NCBI RefSeq assembly: GCF_963921235.1
Contig: NC_086097.1
Span: 48,300,001 to 48,364,000, forward strand
From: Mobula hypostoma
Taxonomy: Eukaryota
DNA: 64,000 bases
Direction of reading: 5' to 3'
In this document: positions 11,435 to 24,323 of the stretch, in pieces
Layout of the letters: each line of letters opens with the position of its first letter
How positions within the stretch are numbered: position 1 is the first letter of the stretch
Program-made: the position numbers and the translations under genes
Notes under the pieces: generated by a model
Databases searched by the model: none
Told to the model about the DNA's origin: nothing
Seen by the model: only the letters and a program-made list of their open reading frames with translations

Positions 11435-13374
11435 GTAAGTGCACCACATGGCTTCCAGTGTTCTATTAGAAAGCAGGATCAGGATGACAAAGATAGGCAT
11501 GTATAAATGTATAAGTGCCAGTTTGATTTATTTTACATTCCAATCAAAATGCAAATACAGCAAGCAGCAAATATGCGATGTTACAGTGTGTGAAAATGCA
11601 CACATGTATCTAAGCCCAGGAGTAAAACTAAAAAGATGCAAAGGATATGCTCAAGCAGTTTCTGGGAAAAAATACGTATCATCCATCAGTGAATCCAGGT
11701 GCAAATCTCTAGAAAGTGAGTATTCACTTGTCAGAGCTTCAGGAGGGAACTGTGGACTATATGTAAATGTGATCGGTGTGATTTATTTGGAATTTTGAAC
11801 AGTACTTTGTTTCACAAAGGAAGAGCTCCGATGCACACCAAGGCTGAGCAGCAAAAGAATTATTTAAACATTAATATTACGCACTTAGTGGACAGTGCAC
11901 AATGCTTATTCCGAGTTCATTGATAATTTTGATTTATCAGCAGAATCTTACATCTATGGAAAGGCATTGGCAACCCTTAGTGATTGCAAAGAAGCAAATA
12001 ATTAATTTCACAGAAAAGATCAAAATGTTAATTCTAATGGCCGATTCAAGAGTGACAGGTAGGCAACTGTTCAGAGCATCAACAGTTGCCCTTGAGCTAA
12101 CTGTAACAATAAGACGAGTGGAGGTGATATTGCTGACCCCGACCCTGACACTGCCAGAGTACCCAGCAGTAACTTGTTACACAATGCTGGTAGGAGTTCT
12201 TGATAGAGTACAAATTCATTCAAGATGTTCCTGGTGGGGAAGAGGTGTAGGTGAACATGGTAGTGTTGTTCATGCAGCTTCAGATCATTAAGAACAGTAA
12301 CCTTAATGTCCTTGACAATGGGATTAATTTCTGTCCCTTATGTGACCTGGAGGCTAGGTTCTTTCAGAGGTCCAGTACAGTGGTTGTGAGGAGGAGTATT
12401 TGGATTTCCAGTGAGGAAGCTGTGCTGCTACTTTACTGATAAGTTTGTGGTAGAAATCATGATCACTCACCTCAGTCATCATTACATATTTAGTTGTCAG
12501 AGACATCTTCTCTGGGTAAATGTGGCTTACTGAGTTGTCTGCCTTGCTGAGAGATCAAAGAAATCAAGGTCAACAAATTCATATATTTTTTCTATTATGC
12601 TGTGGCTAGAATGCCATGGATTTTCTGGTTATTTGTCATGGATATATCACATGGCTAAAGGATAAAAATGAACAGAAAAATAATAGCATTTTTGCAGAAT
12701 ATAGAAGTGATATATCTGCTGTTTCTGTGAGTAATTCCACAATGGATTCACTTGTCCAATACGTTGTTTCAAATACAAGTCCTATGACAAAGTAATGATT
12801 GCCTGCATTTTCTGTGGGGATTTTTGAGAGTAGCTGTAAGGATGCCAGAAGACTCAAAGAGGCAACCATAAACACTAAAATACTGGTTGAGGCCTCAGCG
12901 TCTGGGTTTATACTGATCTCCTGCCAATGTTACAGGTGAATCATTACATCCCCTCTGGAACATCTCCCCAGCTAATCTGATTCATGCTGTAGCATTGTTC
13001 CTCTAAATTTACCGAGGTTGCTAAACAGTGTTCTCAAACTGCTTAAAATGATAAATATCAGAAAATTTTACATCAACACAAGAATTGTAATGTTCAGTAT
13101 CCTGGCTGTTTTATGTATTGGACAAAGGAAAAGCTTCATCACTTCCTACGTTACAGTGTGAGGGTGATGGCCCATGGGTTTCCAAAGAATAAATTGCTAA
13201 TCTTAAGCTGTTGTGTTAGCATCGACTTCTCACCTCAAGTGTCCAGAGTACAATTTTGTGACACTGAGATGGGAGAGCTATTAATGTTTCACACGCTTCA
13301 TCAGAATGCTAAAGACTTTTTATATGCACTATTCTTCTGTTTGCTTGACTCACTTGTACTCTCTCTGCCAACAG

Positions 13375-13553
13375 TTGAAATTGATATGGATCTGGATGAA
13401 GAGTCGCTGGAGTACCTAGAAGCTCTGGAAGAGATAACTGAGGAGCTAGAGCAGCGGGTCAACCTGTGCAAGGCAAGAATAATGATGGTGACTTGTTTTG
13501 ATATTGGTGTGATCACTGACGTGAGTGATGGTCTAAGGGAAGTGCAAGTGTAA
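13375..13553 (+). CDS. KIF26A: KIF26A terminal coding exon
   Basis: Acceptor CTCTCTGCCAACAG, and the phase-1 join gives TTT (F). It translates to [59 protein letters not shown]. The VTCFDI..REV.V ending is KIF26A-like, whereas KIF26B ends ITCFDITSRRR. Confidence 0.95.
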
Positions 13554-14810
13554 AGAAGACAGCTAATGGGAGAACGTGAGAAGGGTTATTCTACCGTGAA
13601 AATAGTCAGCATGTGAAGGAGAAGTACTTAAAGGAATTGTGTTTCAGTGAGGGTTGGTGATGCTGAGACAGAAGAAAGTGCAAGAGAATGCTGAGGGTGA
13701 GCTGATATGGTGGCAATGAATCTTGATGGTGAGCAGTGTAAATCAATACTGTGCCTCCGAGCTGAAAGAGAATGAAAGCTTAAACTGTTCATGCGAACAA
13801 TTTCCTTTCCCCAAAGGAAGAAAGAAGGCAACATAAACCAAGAAGAACAAAGAACTGAAAAACCTTAAAGTGCCTTTTTGATTCACTTGACTTATTTGCA
13901 TTGGTGCTAGTAAAGAAACCAGCATACCTAAATAAACACTGAAACAAATTGCTTATTTTATAATGTATATTGTATTTATACGATACATGTAAAAACTTTC
14001 GTTGTAGCAAAGCAATAAGTAAATTATGTTCACATCCTTGACTTTGCCTTCTTATTGAAAGGAGAGCCATCTTTATCTTTTCAATTTTACAATGTTCGTG
14101 TGTATAATAATATTTCATGTTATTCTGTTTTAATAGTGTTTAAAGTTTCATTCATCTAAGCATGTAATGAAATGTACTGATTTTTGAAGATGTTTTTATA
14201 TGGGATCTTGTCTGTTTTTGGGTTATTTCTTTGTACACATTGCTACTGGAACAGAAGTGCAGAATGAAATTCCTAGTTTTTTAAGCCAGTAATAAATATA
14301 TCAGCAAAGAGCTCACTGTGCCAACTGATCTGAGGTGACCCTCACAGCCATGATTCACTGCAAATACAAAGTGACACTGCACAATGATTACAATATTGTA
14401 AGTTATTAATGATCAAATTTATATACTCTTTTTTAAAACCAAAAACAGGTATACAAAATAATAACAGTATTGACTCTGTCATTGAAAGATACTGCATCTC
14501 AGGATTACTACCCAAAAAAGCAAATTTGATAGAAGATGTATTTACATGTGAACACACTGCATAGAAGTTTATGTACAGTTTCTTTTTCATTTTAATACTG
14601 GCCAAAAGCTGTTATTGTTATGAATATTGCCAAACAACAACAATTTTACATAAAGAAATAATAAATATGGGATCACAGTTCATTGCGGATGATATTTTCT
14701 GACAATATTTGTACATTTTTTTCAGCATCTTTGTATAAATGTATATTATGGTAGTGACATTAGTTTTATCTGTGAATAAATGACATGTTGACTGGCAGTA
14801 ATATTTCTGT
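13554..14810 (+). other. KIF26A: Probable KIF26A 3' UTR
   Basis: AT-rich and TE-free after the stop codon, with AATAAA hexamers at about 13932, 14291 and 14775. The true end is not determinable from sequence. Confidence 0.6.
14775..14780 (+). terminator. Candidate polyadenylation signal
   Basis: AATAAA followed by U/GU-rich sequence, at the end of the TE-free block. Confidence 0.45.
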
Positions 14811-14949
14811 TTCATAATTAAAATTTTGCATAAAGATATAGATCCAATATTTTACTATCAGGCAATATTGATAATCTTTATGGAACTTCTAGTTTGGCAC
14901 ATGTTTTCCTTAGATTGTACAACTGCAGAAAAGTCAAAATTTCCAGTGT

Positions 14950-15480
14950 TAAAAACAGAATACTGTGGATGCCGGGCATCCAAAACAAGAGTAGAAAGTA
15001 CTTGAGGAATTCAGCAGTTTGGGCAGGATTGGATGGAGTTGATGTTTCAAGCTGTTGATTCTTAATCAGATTTGGGCATAGTTGGAGACAGACAAAGCCT
15101 AAGATGAAGACAAAGAGGTGAAAATGAGAAAAACAGAAGGAAGATACAGGAATAAAGATGGGAGGACATCTTGGAGTTAGGTGTTGGAGGTTAGGGAAGG
15201 TATTGGAGAAAAGATTATCTGTGGAGGTGGGGGATCAAAGAGGGAAAGGGGTTAGGATTAGAGAATATATTTCTGGGGGGAATGATGTCGGAGACAGAAT
15301 CATCCTGGGAGTGAAGCATCAGAGAGAGAAGACTAACTTAGGAAATGGAGGGGAGTGGGGTAGGGGGCGGAGAGTCAAGGGGAGGATAATGAAGGCAGGT
15401 GTGTGGTTAGAGAGTGTATTATTTCTCCAAGCACCCGCCTGCCCCACATTGAGTGGGGGTCAGAGACAGGCTGACACCAT
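14950..15480 (-). mobile_element. Old Penelope 3' terminal remnant
   Basis: AAAACAGAATACTGTGGATGC...GAGGAATTCAGCAG, then a degenerate hammerhead-like motif (minus: CTGATTAAGAATCAACAGCTTGAAACATC) and a purine-rich tract. Confidence 0.5.
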
Positions 15481-17059
15481 GGGGACTTGATTGCTCTAGA
15501 GTAGGAGTGCAAGGGAAGTCTGGAAAAGTATGTAACAGACAGACATCCCAGGCAACCCTTGCACTTACCATAAGAAAGCCAAAAGCTATTGGAAGGAATC
15601 AACAGATCAATCTTTACCTGTGGAGAGCGAGAGTTAAAGTTTAAAGTTAATCAGAACCCTCATTTCTGTCCGTTTTGCCAGACCAGTACAAGGATAACTT
15701 TCACAAAGGCTCAAAAATTTGATGAGAAGAAACCATTAGAGATATTTGTTTTAACTCTTAGATTGAACAGTGGATTAATCTAGGCATAGATCTAAACTTT
15801 CAGTGCCTTTCTTTTATTTTATTTTCATAGAATCTAGTTTGGGTACAGAAAGGGCCAAATTTAACATCTTTAGCCTGATGACAATGTTCCAAGTGGGGAA
15901 CTAAAAACGAGGCTGTGTCCACTCTGCTAAGATTGCAGTGGTTGTCTGTTTAACTGTAGTATGTCAGAAGGCAGGAGCAAATCCAGAACAGAGCCAGCAG
16001 GTAAACCTACAAAATAGGTTTGTGATTTGCCTTTGGGATTGGGAAGAGCAAGTCTGGTCATCATAGTCATCATAGAAAAACATTTCAACCTACTTCCTCC
16101 CTTATAACCACCTCCGTCTCTAATTTATTAAAGTTTGGGTAACACCTCTCACCAGTGCAGCACACAGGCATGGAGAAATGGAATTCATGGAGGAAGAAAG
16201 ATGTCCAGGCTGTTAGAGGTGGGGTGAAGTGGGGAAAGGGAGGTTTATATTTTCAAAGGAGCACTTGAGCTTCTCCTGGCCTATCACGGCCCAGCTGGAA
16301 AATTACATCTTAGTCTCAGTTGACATCCCAATCCTCTTACTGAGTGGCTTCAGGGCTCAGTTAAAATCGCATTTGGGTTTCCATATTACCATCATGTCTC
16401 AATCTACATATGTAAAGGTGGACCCTGCTGACTATAGTTTAGACGTCTATACAATTTACTCATAGCAGGAGGTTAAGATCCAAATTAGCATGAGGTGTGC
16501 TGTAAATGGGTGGATAAAACACCTGGCTTTTGACTGGGTTAGCTTTGTATTTGGAAACCAGCAGGTGATTGTCTTGAGAAACTAATCTCCTAAGAGCAAG
16601 AGTTATGCTGAAATAAATTTTAAAGGAGCCTATCGATGAGAAAATGGGCAAAAATGGTGAAATGTGAAAGACTTCACAATTTCTTCTTATTAAAAATAGT
16701 AACTACATATTAACATTTTTATCTCGGGCACACAGTACCGTCCACAAAACACATTTTGTGTGAGCAGAAATTTCAATCACACTGATGTCTCAACATTTGT
16801 CACTTCCTTTGTCGGAAGTTATGATGTAGTAGCAGATTCAAGTCAATGGATGGCAGCATGGACTGAATTTCTTAGGTAATTTCCAGTTCTATCAGTCTTG
16901 TAATCCAGGAAACTTTCCTTATTCAATTGTTGATCCTGAAGAACCATTTAACCTGTAAACTCAAATTAGTTGAATGAACACTTAGTTCTAATGAAACTCT
17001 TATGTTAAGTTACACTTCCAAATCCTGACTGGATTCTTTAGATGAGCGTTGGCAATACT

Positions 17060-17330
17060 ACCATCCAGTCCATGTCCTCTTCTCACTATTACCATACAGT
17101 AGGAGGTACAGAAGCCTCAGGTCTCATGCCATCAGGTACAGGAACAGTTATCCTACGACCACCAGGCTTCTAAACCAATGTGGCCAACTTCATTTGGCAC
17201 TACTTGCAACTAATTCAATGACGTTCAGGCTCACTTTAAAGGACTCTTTACAACTCACGTTCTCAGCATCATTGTTATTTACACAGTTTTCTTCTTTTGT
17301 ACATTGGTTGTCTTCTTTTGCACATGTTAA
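17060..17330 (+). mobile_element. Degenerate Rex1/Babar-like LINE 3' fragment
   Basis: AGGAGGTACAGAAGCCTCAGG...CAGGAACAGTTA is homologous to 55140-55200. Confidence 0.55.
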
Positions 17331-18341
17331 TTCCAGGGTCAGCGTGTGTTACCATATTCCTGACTTCTGCACCTCTGTGTTGCAAAGTGGGAAAATCAAA
17401 ACCTCTGGAGGTCACATGCTGGGATATCTGACCATCTGGACTTGACCTGAGTCTGGGCTTGGAGCTCGTTTGTGCTGAGTAGAATCCCGGACATATCACA
17501 TCTGATGTTATATGTCAGCCATGTCCACTGTACATTATTAACATGACCTCACTTATTTGATTGTTGCACTGGATGGGAGAAATAATGAAAAAAATGTTTG
17601 TGTTTCTTACTGATTTTTATTAATAATAATGTTTTAAATAATGATATATCAGTTAAATGCATTTTCAATTTTATTATTTTTCATTTTATTCACTAACATA
17701 TATTTTTAATTTCTATTTCAACTAATTTTAAAAGTATCTGATTCTCTGAAACATTTAGGAAAAGGTGAAAAGGTCTTTGACAGGATAAGCTGAGAGACTG
17801 CTACCAGGGCAGTCTGGGGATAATGTTTGAAATCCGTCATCTGAAGCTTAGACATAGGCCATTGTGCATCACTTTGGCTGCAGTACAATTGGAACCACTG
17901 GTCCGAAATGATTAATGTGGCCACAGGATTATGTGTGAATCATGGGCTGCATCGTGCACAATACCTTTCTTTTCATTTTGACACTATTTCAGTGTATTAC
18001 CCTCACCATAAATAATAAGCACTGTTTTTACCACACACTGGCATAATAAACAATTTTCAGCCAGTGAGTAAAACAGCAACTATATGGGTAAAGTATAGTC
18101 AATTGTAGTTGTAGATGTTCGATTGTTTGAATTGAATTTTTTTTTGTTTTTCACTTGGTAAAAATTTGGCTTTTTTGCAGTAGGTAAAGTATGGTCCTTT
18201 TGAAAGAGTTCTCACAAAATTTCTACAAATGATTATAATGTTCCTTGTGATTAACTTTCATTCTTCTATCTGGACTGATTCAGAAATGAATTAATTATTA
18301 TAGTTCAGTTTATTTTTAAAAACTAATGATATTCCTCCATT

Positions 18342-19055
18342 ATAGAAACATAGAAACAAAGAAAATAGGTGCAGGAGTAGGCCATTCAGCCCTTCGAGCC
18401 TGCACCGCCATTTATTATCATCATGGCTGATCATCCAACTCAGAACCCCGCCCCAGCCTTCCCTCCACACCCCCGACCCCTGTAGCCACAAGGGCCATAT
18501 CTAACTCCCTCTTAAATATAGCTAATGAACTGGCCTCAACTGTTTCCTGTGGCAGAGAATTCCACAGATTCAACCACTCCCTGTGTGAAGAAGTTTTTCC
18601 TAATCTCGGTCCTAAAAGGCTTCCGCTCTATCCTCAAACCGTGGCCCCTCGTTCTGGACTTCCCCAACATCAGGAACAATCTTCCTGCATCTAGCCTGTC
18701 CAATCCCTTTAGGATCTTATACGTTTCAATCAGATCCCCCCTCAATCTTCTAAATTCCAACGAGTACAAGCCCAGTTCATCCAGTCTTTCTTCATATGAA
18801 AGTCCTGCCATCCCAGGAATCAATCTGGTGAACCTTCTTTGTACTCCCTCTAAGGCAAGGATGTCTTTCCTCAGATTAGGGGACCAAAACTGCACACAAT
18901 ACTCCAGGTGTGGTCTCACGAAGGCCTTGTACAACTGCAGTAGTACCTCCCTGCTCCTGTACTCGAATCCTCTCGCTATAAATGCCAGCATACCATTCGC
19001 CTTTTTCACCGCCTGCTGTACCTGCATGCCCACTTTCAATGACTGGTGTATAATG
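18342..19055 (-). mobile_element. 5'-truncated CR1 LINE
   Basis: Has an (ATAGAAAC)n tail at 18342. ORF 18536-19078 contains VRPHLEYCVQFWSP and LEFRRLRGDLIE. It is a near-identical inverted copy of 20898-21605. Confidence 0.95.
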
Positions 19056-19554
19056 GTCATGTTGTTATAGTTTATCAAGATTAAAACTATATATTAGGAA
19101 AAGACCAAGTAAATAGCAGTCTGGACACAGTAAAATTGCTTTCCTTAACTTTTTCTCCATAAGTCACCTAGGCCTGATTCTTCTGTCTGAACAACAATAC
19201 TGTTGCATTCACATGGAATCAGTTGTTTAGGGTGGAAGTGAAGGGCATGGTAGGAGGCAAGTTAATATCTGACAATAGCTGGAAAATGTCTTGGCTCCTC
19301 AGTTTTGAAATTCCACCTCCTGATGTCTTTATGTTCACTTACGGGCAGTTAGTATGATGGAGAATCATCTGAGGCAAGCCCACGGGGGCATGGACTGTGC
19401 TGTAAATTAAGGTCTGCAGAAGATAATCCTTCTGAGGTGATCTACTTCTTTCTCTACCACTTACTTAGCATTCAGAGCTGTACAGTATGTTCCCATTTCC
19501 CAGCCACATTTTTCACAATGTGCCAGTATTAGAAGAAGAAGGACTTTTCACCTC

Positions 19555-19745
19555 AAGACTTCCCCAGACGCTTTATAGCTAATTAAGTACTTTCTGAAAT
19601 CCAGTCACTGTGGCAGGTTGGAAATGTGGTGGGTAGGGAATGTGGCACCCAATTTGTGCACAGCACAATCCCACAAAAATGTGCCTATGTCTGGAGGATT
19701 TATTTTCCATGATGTTGATTGAAGGTAGTACTGGTCGGGACACAT
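19555..19745 (-). mobile_element. Ancient SINE/LINE-tail remnant (SacSINE1-like 3' part)
   Basis: CGCTTTATAGCTAATTAAGTACTTTCTGAA..CAGTCACTGT..CCAATTTGTGCACAGCACAATCCCACAAA is similar to 9390-9490 and 44060-44100. Confidence 0.45.
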
Positions 19746-20165
19746 TATGCTATTCCACTCTCAACACCAGTCAAATATTTAAAGTGCATCAAAATCAGCC
19801 CCATTGGATGTTTCCGTGGAGGTCATCCACATTTTGATTCCTCTAAGCAAGCTACTACTTACACCACCCATTTCTACTCCAGTTTAGCCGCATTCATGAG
19901 CGCTGCTTCCTCAGGGAGTGGCTATGTCTATTGCCTGATTGATGGTCATATGACCCACAGTTTACAAAAACAAATCTTTTTGTAAGTAAGTGTGACTTGG
20001 TCTGGGGGAAAAAAATCCAAACATGAGAACCAGAACATTGAAGGTGGCAGAATGAGCAGAACAGACATGTTGAAGGCAAGAAACAAATTAAACTTCAAAG
20101 GCTGAAATGAGGAAGATTTTATTGACTTAAGGAGAAGACAGGCAAGATAAAACTATGTTATTTAT

Positions 20166-21605
20166 ACCATTTTGAAAAGGAGGGAGAGAGAAACCGGGGA
20201 ATTATAGGCCGGTTAGCCTAACGTCGGTGGTGGGGAAACTGCTGGAGTCAGTTATCAAGGATGTGATAACAGCACATTTGGAAAGCGGTGAAATGATCGG
20301 ACAAAGTCAGCATGGATTTGTGAAAGGAAAATCATGTCTGACGAATCTCATAGAATTTTTTGAGGATGTAACTAGTAGAGTGGATAGGGGAGAACCAGTG
20401 GATGTGGTATATTTGGATTTTCAAAAGGCTTTTGACAAGGTCCCACACAGGAGATTAGTGTGCAAACTTAAAGCACATGGTATTGGGGGTAAGGTATTGG
20501 TGTGGGTGGAGAATTGGTTAGCAGACAGGAAGCAAAGAGTGGGAATAAACGGGACCTTTTCAGAATGGCAGGCGGTGACTAGTGGGGTACCGCAAGGCTC
20601 AGTGCTGGGACCCCAGTTGTTTACAATATATATTAATGACTTGGATGAGGGAATTAAATGCAGCATCTCCAAGTTTGCGGATGACACGAAGCTGGGTGGC
20701 AGTGTTAGCAGTGAGGAGGATGCTAAGAGGATGCAGGGTGACTTGGATAGGTTGGGTGAGTGGGCAAACTCATGGCAGATGCAATTTAATGTGGATAAAT
20801 GTGAAGTTATCCACTTTGGTGGCAAAAATAGGAAAACAGATTATTATCTGAATGGTGGCCGATTAGGAAAAGGGGAGGTGCAACGAGACCTGGGTGTCAT
20901 TATACACCAGTCATTGAAAGTGGGCATGCAGGTACAGCAGGCGGTGAAAAAGGCGAACGGTATGCTGGCATTTATAGCGAGAGGATTCGAGTACAGGAGC
21001 AGGGAGGTACTACTGCAGTTGTACAAGGCCTTGGTGAGACCACACCTGGAGTATTGTGTGCAGTTTTGGTCCCCTAATCTGAGGAAAGACATCCTTGCCA
21101 TAGAGGGAGTACAAAGAAGGTTCACCAGATTGATTCCTGGGATGGCAGGTCTTTCATATGAAGAAAGACTGGATGAACTGGGCTTGTACTCGTTGGAATT
21201 TAGAAGATTGAGGGGGGATCTGATTGAAACGTATAAGATCCTAAAGGGATTGGACAGGCTAGATGCGGGAAGATTGTTCCCGATGTTGGGGAGGTCTAGA
21301 ACGAGGGGTCACAGTTTGAGGATAGAGGGGAAGCCTTTTAGGACCGAGGTTAGGAAAAACTTCTTCACACAGAGAGTGGTGAATCTGTGGAATTCTCTGC
21401 CACAGCAAACTGTTGAGGCCAGTTCATTAGCTATGTTTAAAAGGAAGTTAGATATGGCCCTTGTGGCTACAGGGGTCACGGGGTATGGAGGGAAGGCTGG
21501 GTTCTGAGTTGGATGATCAGCCATGATCATAATAAATGGCGGTGCAGGCTCGAAGGGCCGAATGGCCTACTCCTGCACCTATTTTCTATGTTTCTATGTT
21601 TCTAT
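20166..21605 (+). mobile_element. Young 5'-truncated CR1 LINE with an uninterrupted RT ORF
   Basis: ORF 20227-21507 carries RT motifs ([27 protein letters not shown]). It ends in a 3' stem and a (TTTCTATG)n tail. Confidence 0.97.
20227..21507 (+). pseudogene. CR1 ORF2 reverse transcriptase (5'-truncated, 426 aa open)
   Basis: From the ORF track. It has no endonuclease domain, so it is non-autonomous. Confidence 0.9.
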
Positions 21606-22234
21606 ATCTGCTTTATTTCTCTAAGTGATGACAACAGCTTTCAATCACATTTGTAATGGAGTTAAAATTTTCAGTGCTCCACTAGTCAATGCTAACTAAG
21701 CAATTGCCTTCAAAACAGCAGTCACTACACTCCAAAATAATCTGCTATATAACGTTCTGTGAGATTTTTCATTTAAGGGAATCAATGCCAGGATTCATTT
21801 TGAAATCAATTGCAATGAATTATTTTTGTTTATAGGATGAGAGTGGTGTTGACATTCACTGCTCAATTTGATTAATTTTAGTATCTTTTAATTTAATATA
21901 GCTACTTAATATATTGGAAATGCAATCATGAGTTCTGATATTATCAGCTTTGATTGTATACATTAATCCAACTCCTTCAAAGCTTCAGACTTGTATGAGC
22001 TTCCTGTATAGATTTCTCCCTAATGATGGTATTTGATCCTCATTGTCATGTGTACCAGGACACATTGAAAAGCTTTTGTTTCAGTACCAGCCAGACAGAT
22101 CATGCCCTATACATCACAGTAGTTAAGGAAAATAGAATTCAGGATGTAGTATTGTGCTATAGGAAAGTGCAATACAGGTAGACAGATAAACTTCAAGTTT
22201 CCCAACACGGGCAGCTGGGAGATCATTTCATTTA

Positions 22235-22378
22235 CAGAGGAGGTGGCAAATGTTATTCCTTTGTTCAAGAAAGGAAGTACAGAAATCCTGGGAATTATAT
22301 ACCAATGAATCCTACTTCAGTGGTGGGAAAATTATTGGAGAAAATTCCTAGAGACAGGATTTATGAACATTTGGAGAT
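22235..22378 (+). mobile_element. CR1 internal fragment
   Basis: Encodes ANVIPLFKKG..PGNY.P..LTSVVGKLLEKI.RDRIYEHLE. Confidence 0.75.
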
Positions 22379-22767
22379 GCCTGGGGTACACCACTAGTCA
22401 CAGGCCTCTAGTGAGAAAATTGACCTTGAGCTATTATCCTCTGCTTCCTACCCTGGAGCCAATTCTGAATCCACCTTATTAGCTCCCCCTGAGCTCCATG
22501 TGACCTTAGCATTCCGACCAGCCTTCTATGTGGGACTTTGCTAAAGTCCATATAGACAATATCCACTGCCCTACCTTCATCTATCTCCTCAGTTACCTCT
22601 TTGAAAAACTCCAAAGGATTTGTCAGGTATGACCTGCCATGCACAAAACAATACTGACTACTCCTGATCACAAACACAAGAAAATCTGCAGATGCTTGAA
22701 ATCCAAGCAAAACACATAAAATGCTGGAGGAACTCAGCAGGCCAGGGAGCACCCGTGGAAAAGAGTA

Positions 22768-22805
22768 CAGTTGACATTTCAGGCCGAGACCCTTCATTAG
22801 AACTG
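22768..22805 (-). ncRNA. Minimal hammerhead ribozyme motif (core mutated)
   Basis: Minus strand reads CAGTT-CTAATGA-AGGGTCTCGGCCT-GAAA-TGTC-AACTG. Stem I (CAGTT/AACTG) is perfect. Confidence 0.7.
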
Positions 22806-24284
22806 CAGAAAAAAAGATGAGGAGTCAGAGTTAGAAGGTGGGGGAAGGGAGGAAGAAACACAAGGTGATAGGTGAAACCAGGAGGGAGGAGGGGTGAAGT
22901 AAAGAGCTGGGAAGTTGATTGGTGAAAGCGATAAAGGGTTGCAGAAGGGGGAACGTGATAGGAGAGGACAGAAGGCCATGGAAGAAAGAAAAAGGGGAGG
23001 AGCACCAGAGGGAGGTGGTGGGCAGGTAAGGAGATAAGGTGAGAGAGGGAAATGGGAATGGGGTGGGGGGGCCATTACTGGAAGTTCGAGAAATCAATGT
23101 TCATTGCATTAGGTTGGAGGCTATCCAGATGGAATATAGGGTCTTGCTTCTCCAACTTGTGTGTGGCCTCATTGCAACAGTATAGGAGGCTGTGGACTAA
23201 TATGTTCAAATGGGAATGGGAAGTGGAATTAAAATGGGTGGCCACAAGGAGATCCTGCTTTTGCAGGTGGATGGAGCATAGGTCCTTGGTGAAGCAGTCT
23301 CCCAATCTACATCGGGTCTCACTGATATACAAGAGGCCACACCAGGAGCACCAAACAGGAGTCCCAAAAGACTCATAGGTGAAGTGTTGTCTCACCTGGA
23401 AGGACTGTTTAGGGCCCTGGATGGTAGTGAGGGAGGAGGTGTAGGGGCAGGTGTAGCACTTGTTCCGTTTGCAAGGACAAGGGTCAGGAGGGAGAACAGT
23501 GGGGAGGGACGAATAGATAAGTGAGTCATGTAGGGAGCGATCCCTGTGGAAAGCAGAAAGTGGGGGGGAGGGTAAGATGTGCTTGGTGGTGGGATCCCGT
23601 TGGAGATGGTGGAAGATATGGAGAATTATGTGCTGGATGCGGAGGCTGGTGGAGTGGTAGGTGAGGACAAGAGGAACCCTATCCCTGACAGGGTGGCAGG
23701 AGGATGGGGTGAGGGCACATTTGCGTGAAATGGAAGAGATACGGTTGAGGGCAGCATTGATGGCGGAGAAAGAGAAGCCCCTTTCTTTGAAGAAGGAGGA
23801 CATCGCCTTTGTTCTGGAATGAAAAGCCTTATCCTGAGAGCAGATGTAGCGGAGATGGAGGAATTGAGACAAAGGAATGGAATTTTTAACACAACGGGTG
23901 GGAAGAGGTATAGTCCTGGTAGCTGTGAGAGTCAGTGGGTTTATAATAGACATCAGTAGATAAACTGGCTCCAGAAATAGAGACAGAGATATCGAGAAAG
24001 GGGAGGAAGGTGTCGGAAATGGATCATGTAAATTTGAGGGCTGGGTGGAAGTTGAAGGCAAAGTTGTTGAAGTTGAAGAGCTCTGCATTGGATGCAGGAA
24101 GTAGCATCAATGTAGTCATCAGTGTAACGTTAAAAAAGTTGGGGAGTGACACCAGTGTAGGCTTTTCACCAATCAACTTCCCAGCTCTTTCCTTCATCCT
24201 CTCCTCCCCCTTTACGGTTTCACCTATCACCTTACACTTCTTTCTCCCCGTCCCCCGCTTTCTAACACCTCATCTTTTTTTCTC

Positions 24285-24323
24285 CAGTCCTGATGAAGGG
24301 TCTTGGCCTGAAACAGTAGCTAT
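24285..24323 (+). ncRNA. Minimal hammerhead ribozyme motif (core intact, stem I degenerate)
   Basis: CAGTC-CTGATGA-AGGGTCTTGGCCT-GAAA-CAGTA-GCTAT. Confidence 0.7.

Noticed and set aside
11212..11469. 85-aa ORF as a stand-alone small gene
   Set aside because: Only 11284-11434 is coding. The rest is intron read-through past clear splice sites.
11439..12291. 119-aa and 129-aa plus-strand ORFs in the last KIF26A intron
   Set aside because: No recognisable motifs, and the flanking exons already join in frame.
13113..13374. N-terminal part of the 146-aa ORF
   Set aside because: It is intronic. KIF26 similarity starts at the acceptor at 13375.
15345..15385. G-quadruplex-like G-runs
   Set aside because: They are part of the purine-rich Penelope UTR found in every copy, so they are not locus-specific.
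20227..21507. Intact RT ORF as a domesticated gene or a retron-like system
   Set aside because: It is a 5'-truncated young CR1 with a standard tail, and a near-identical copy lies nearby.
18525..21530. Long antisense ORFs over CR1 copies (e.g. 18525-19070, 20421-20825, 20844-21125)
   Set aside because: These are the usual antisense shadows of CR1 ORF2.
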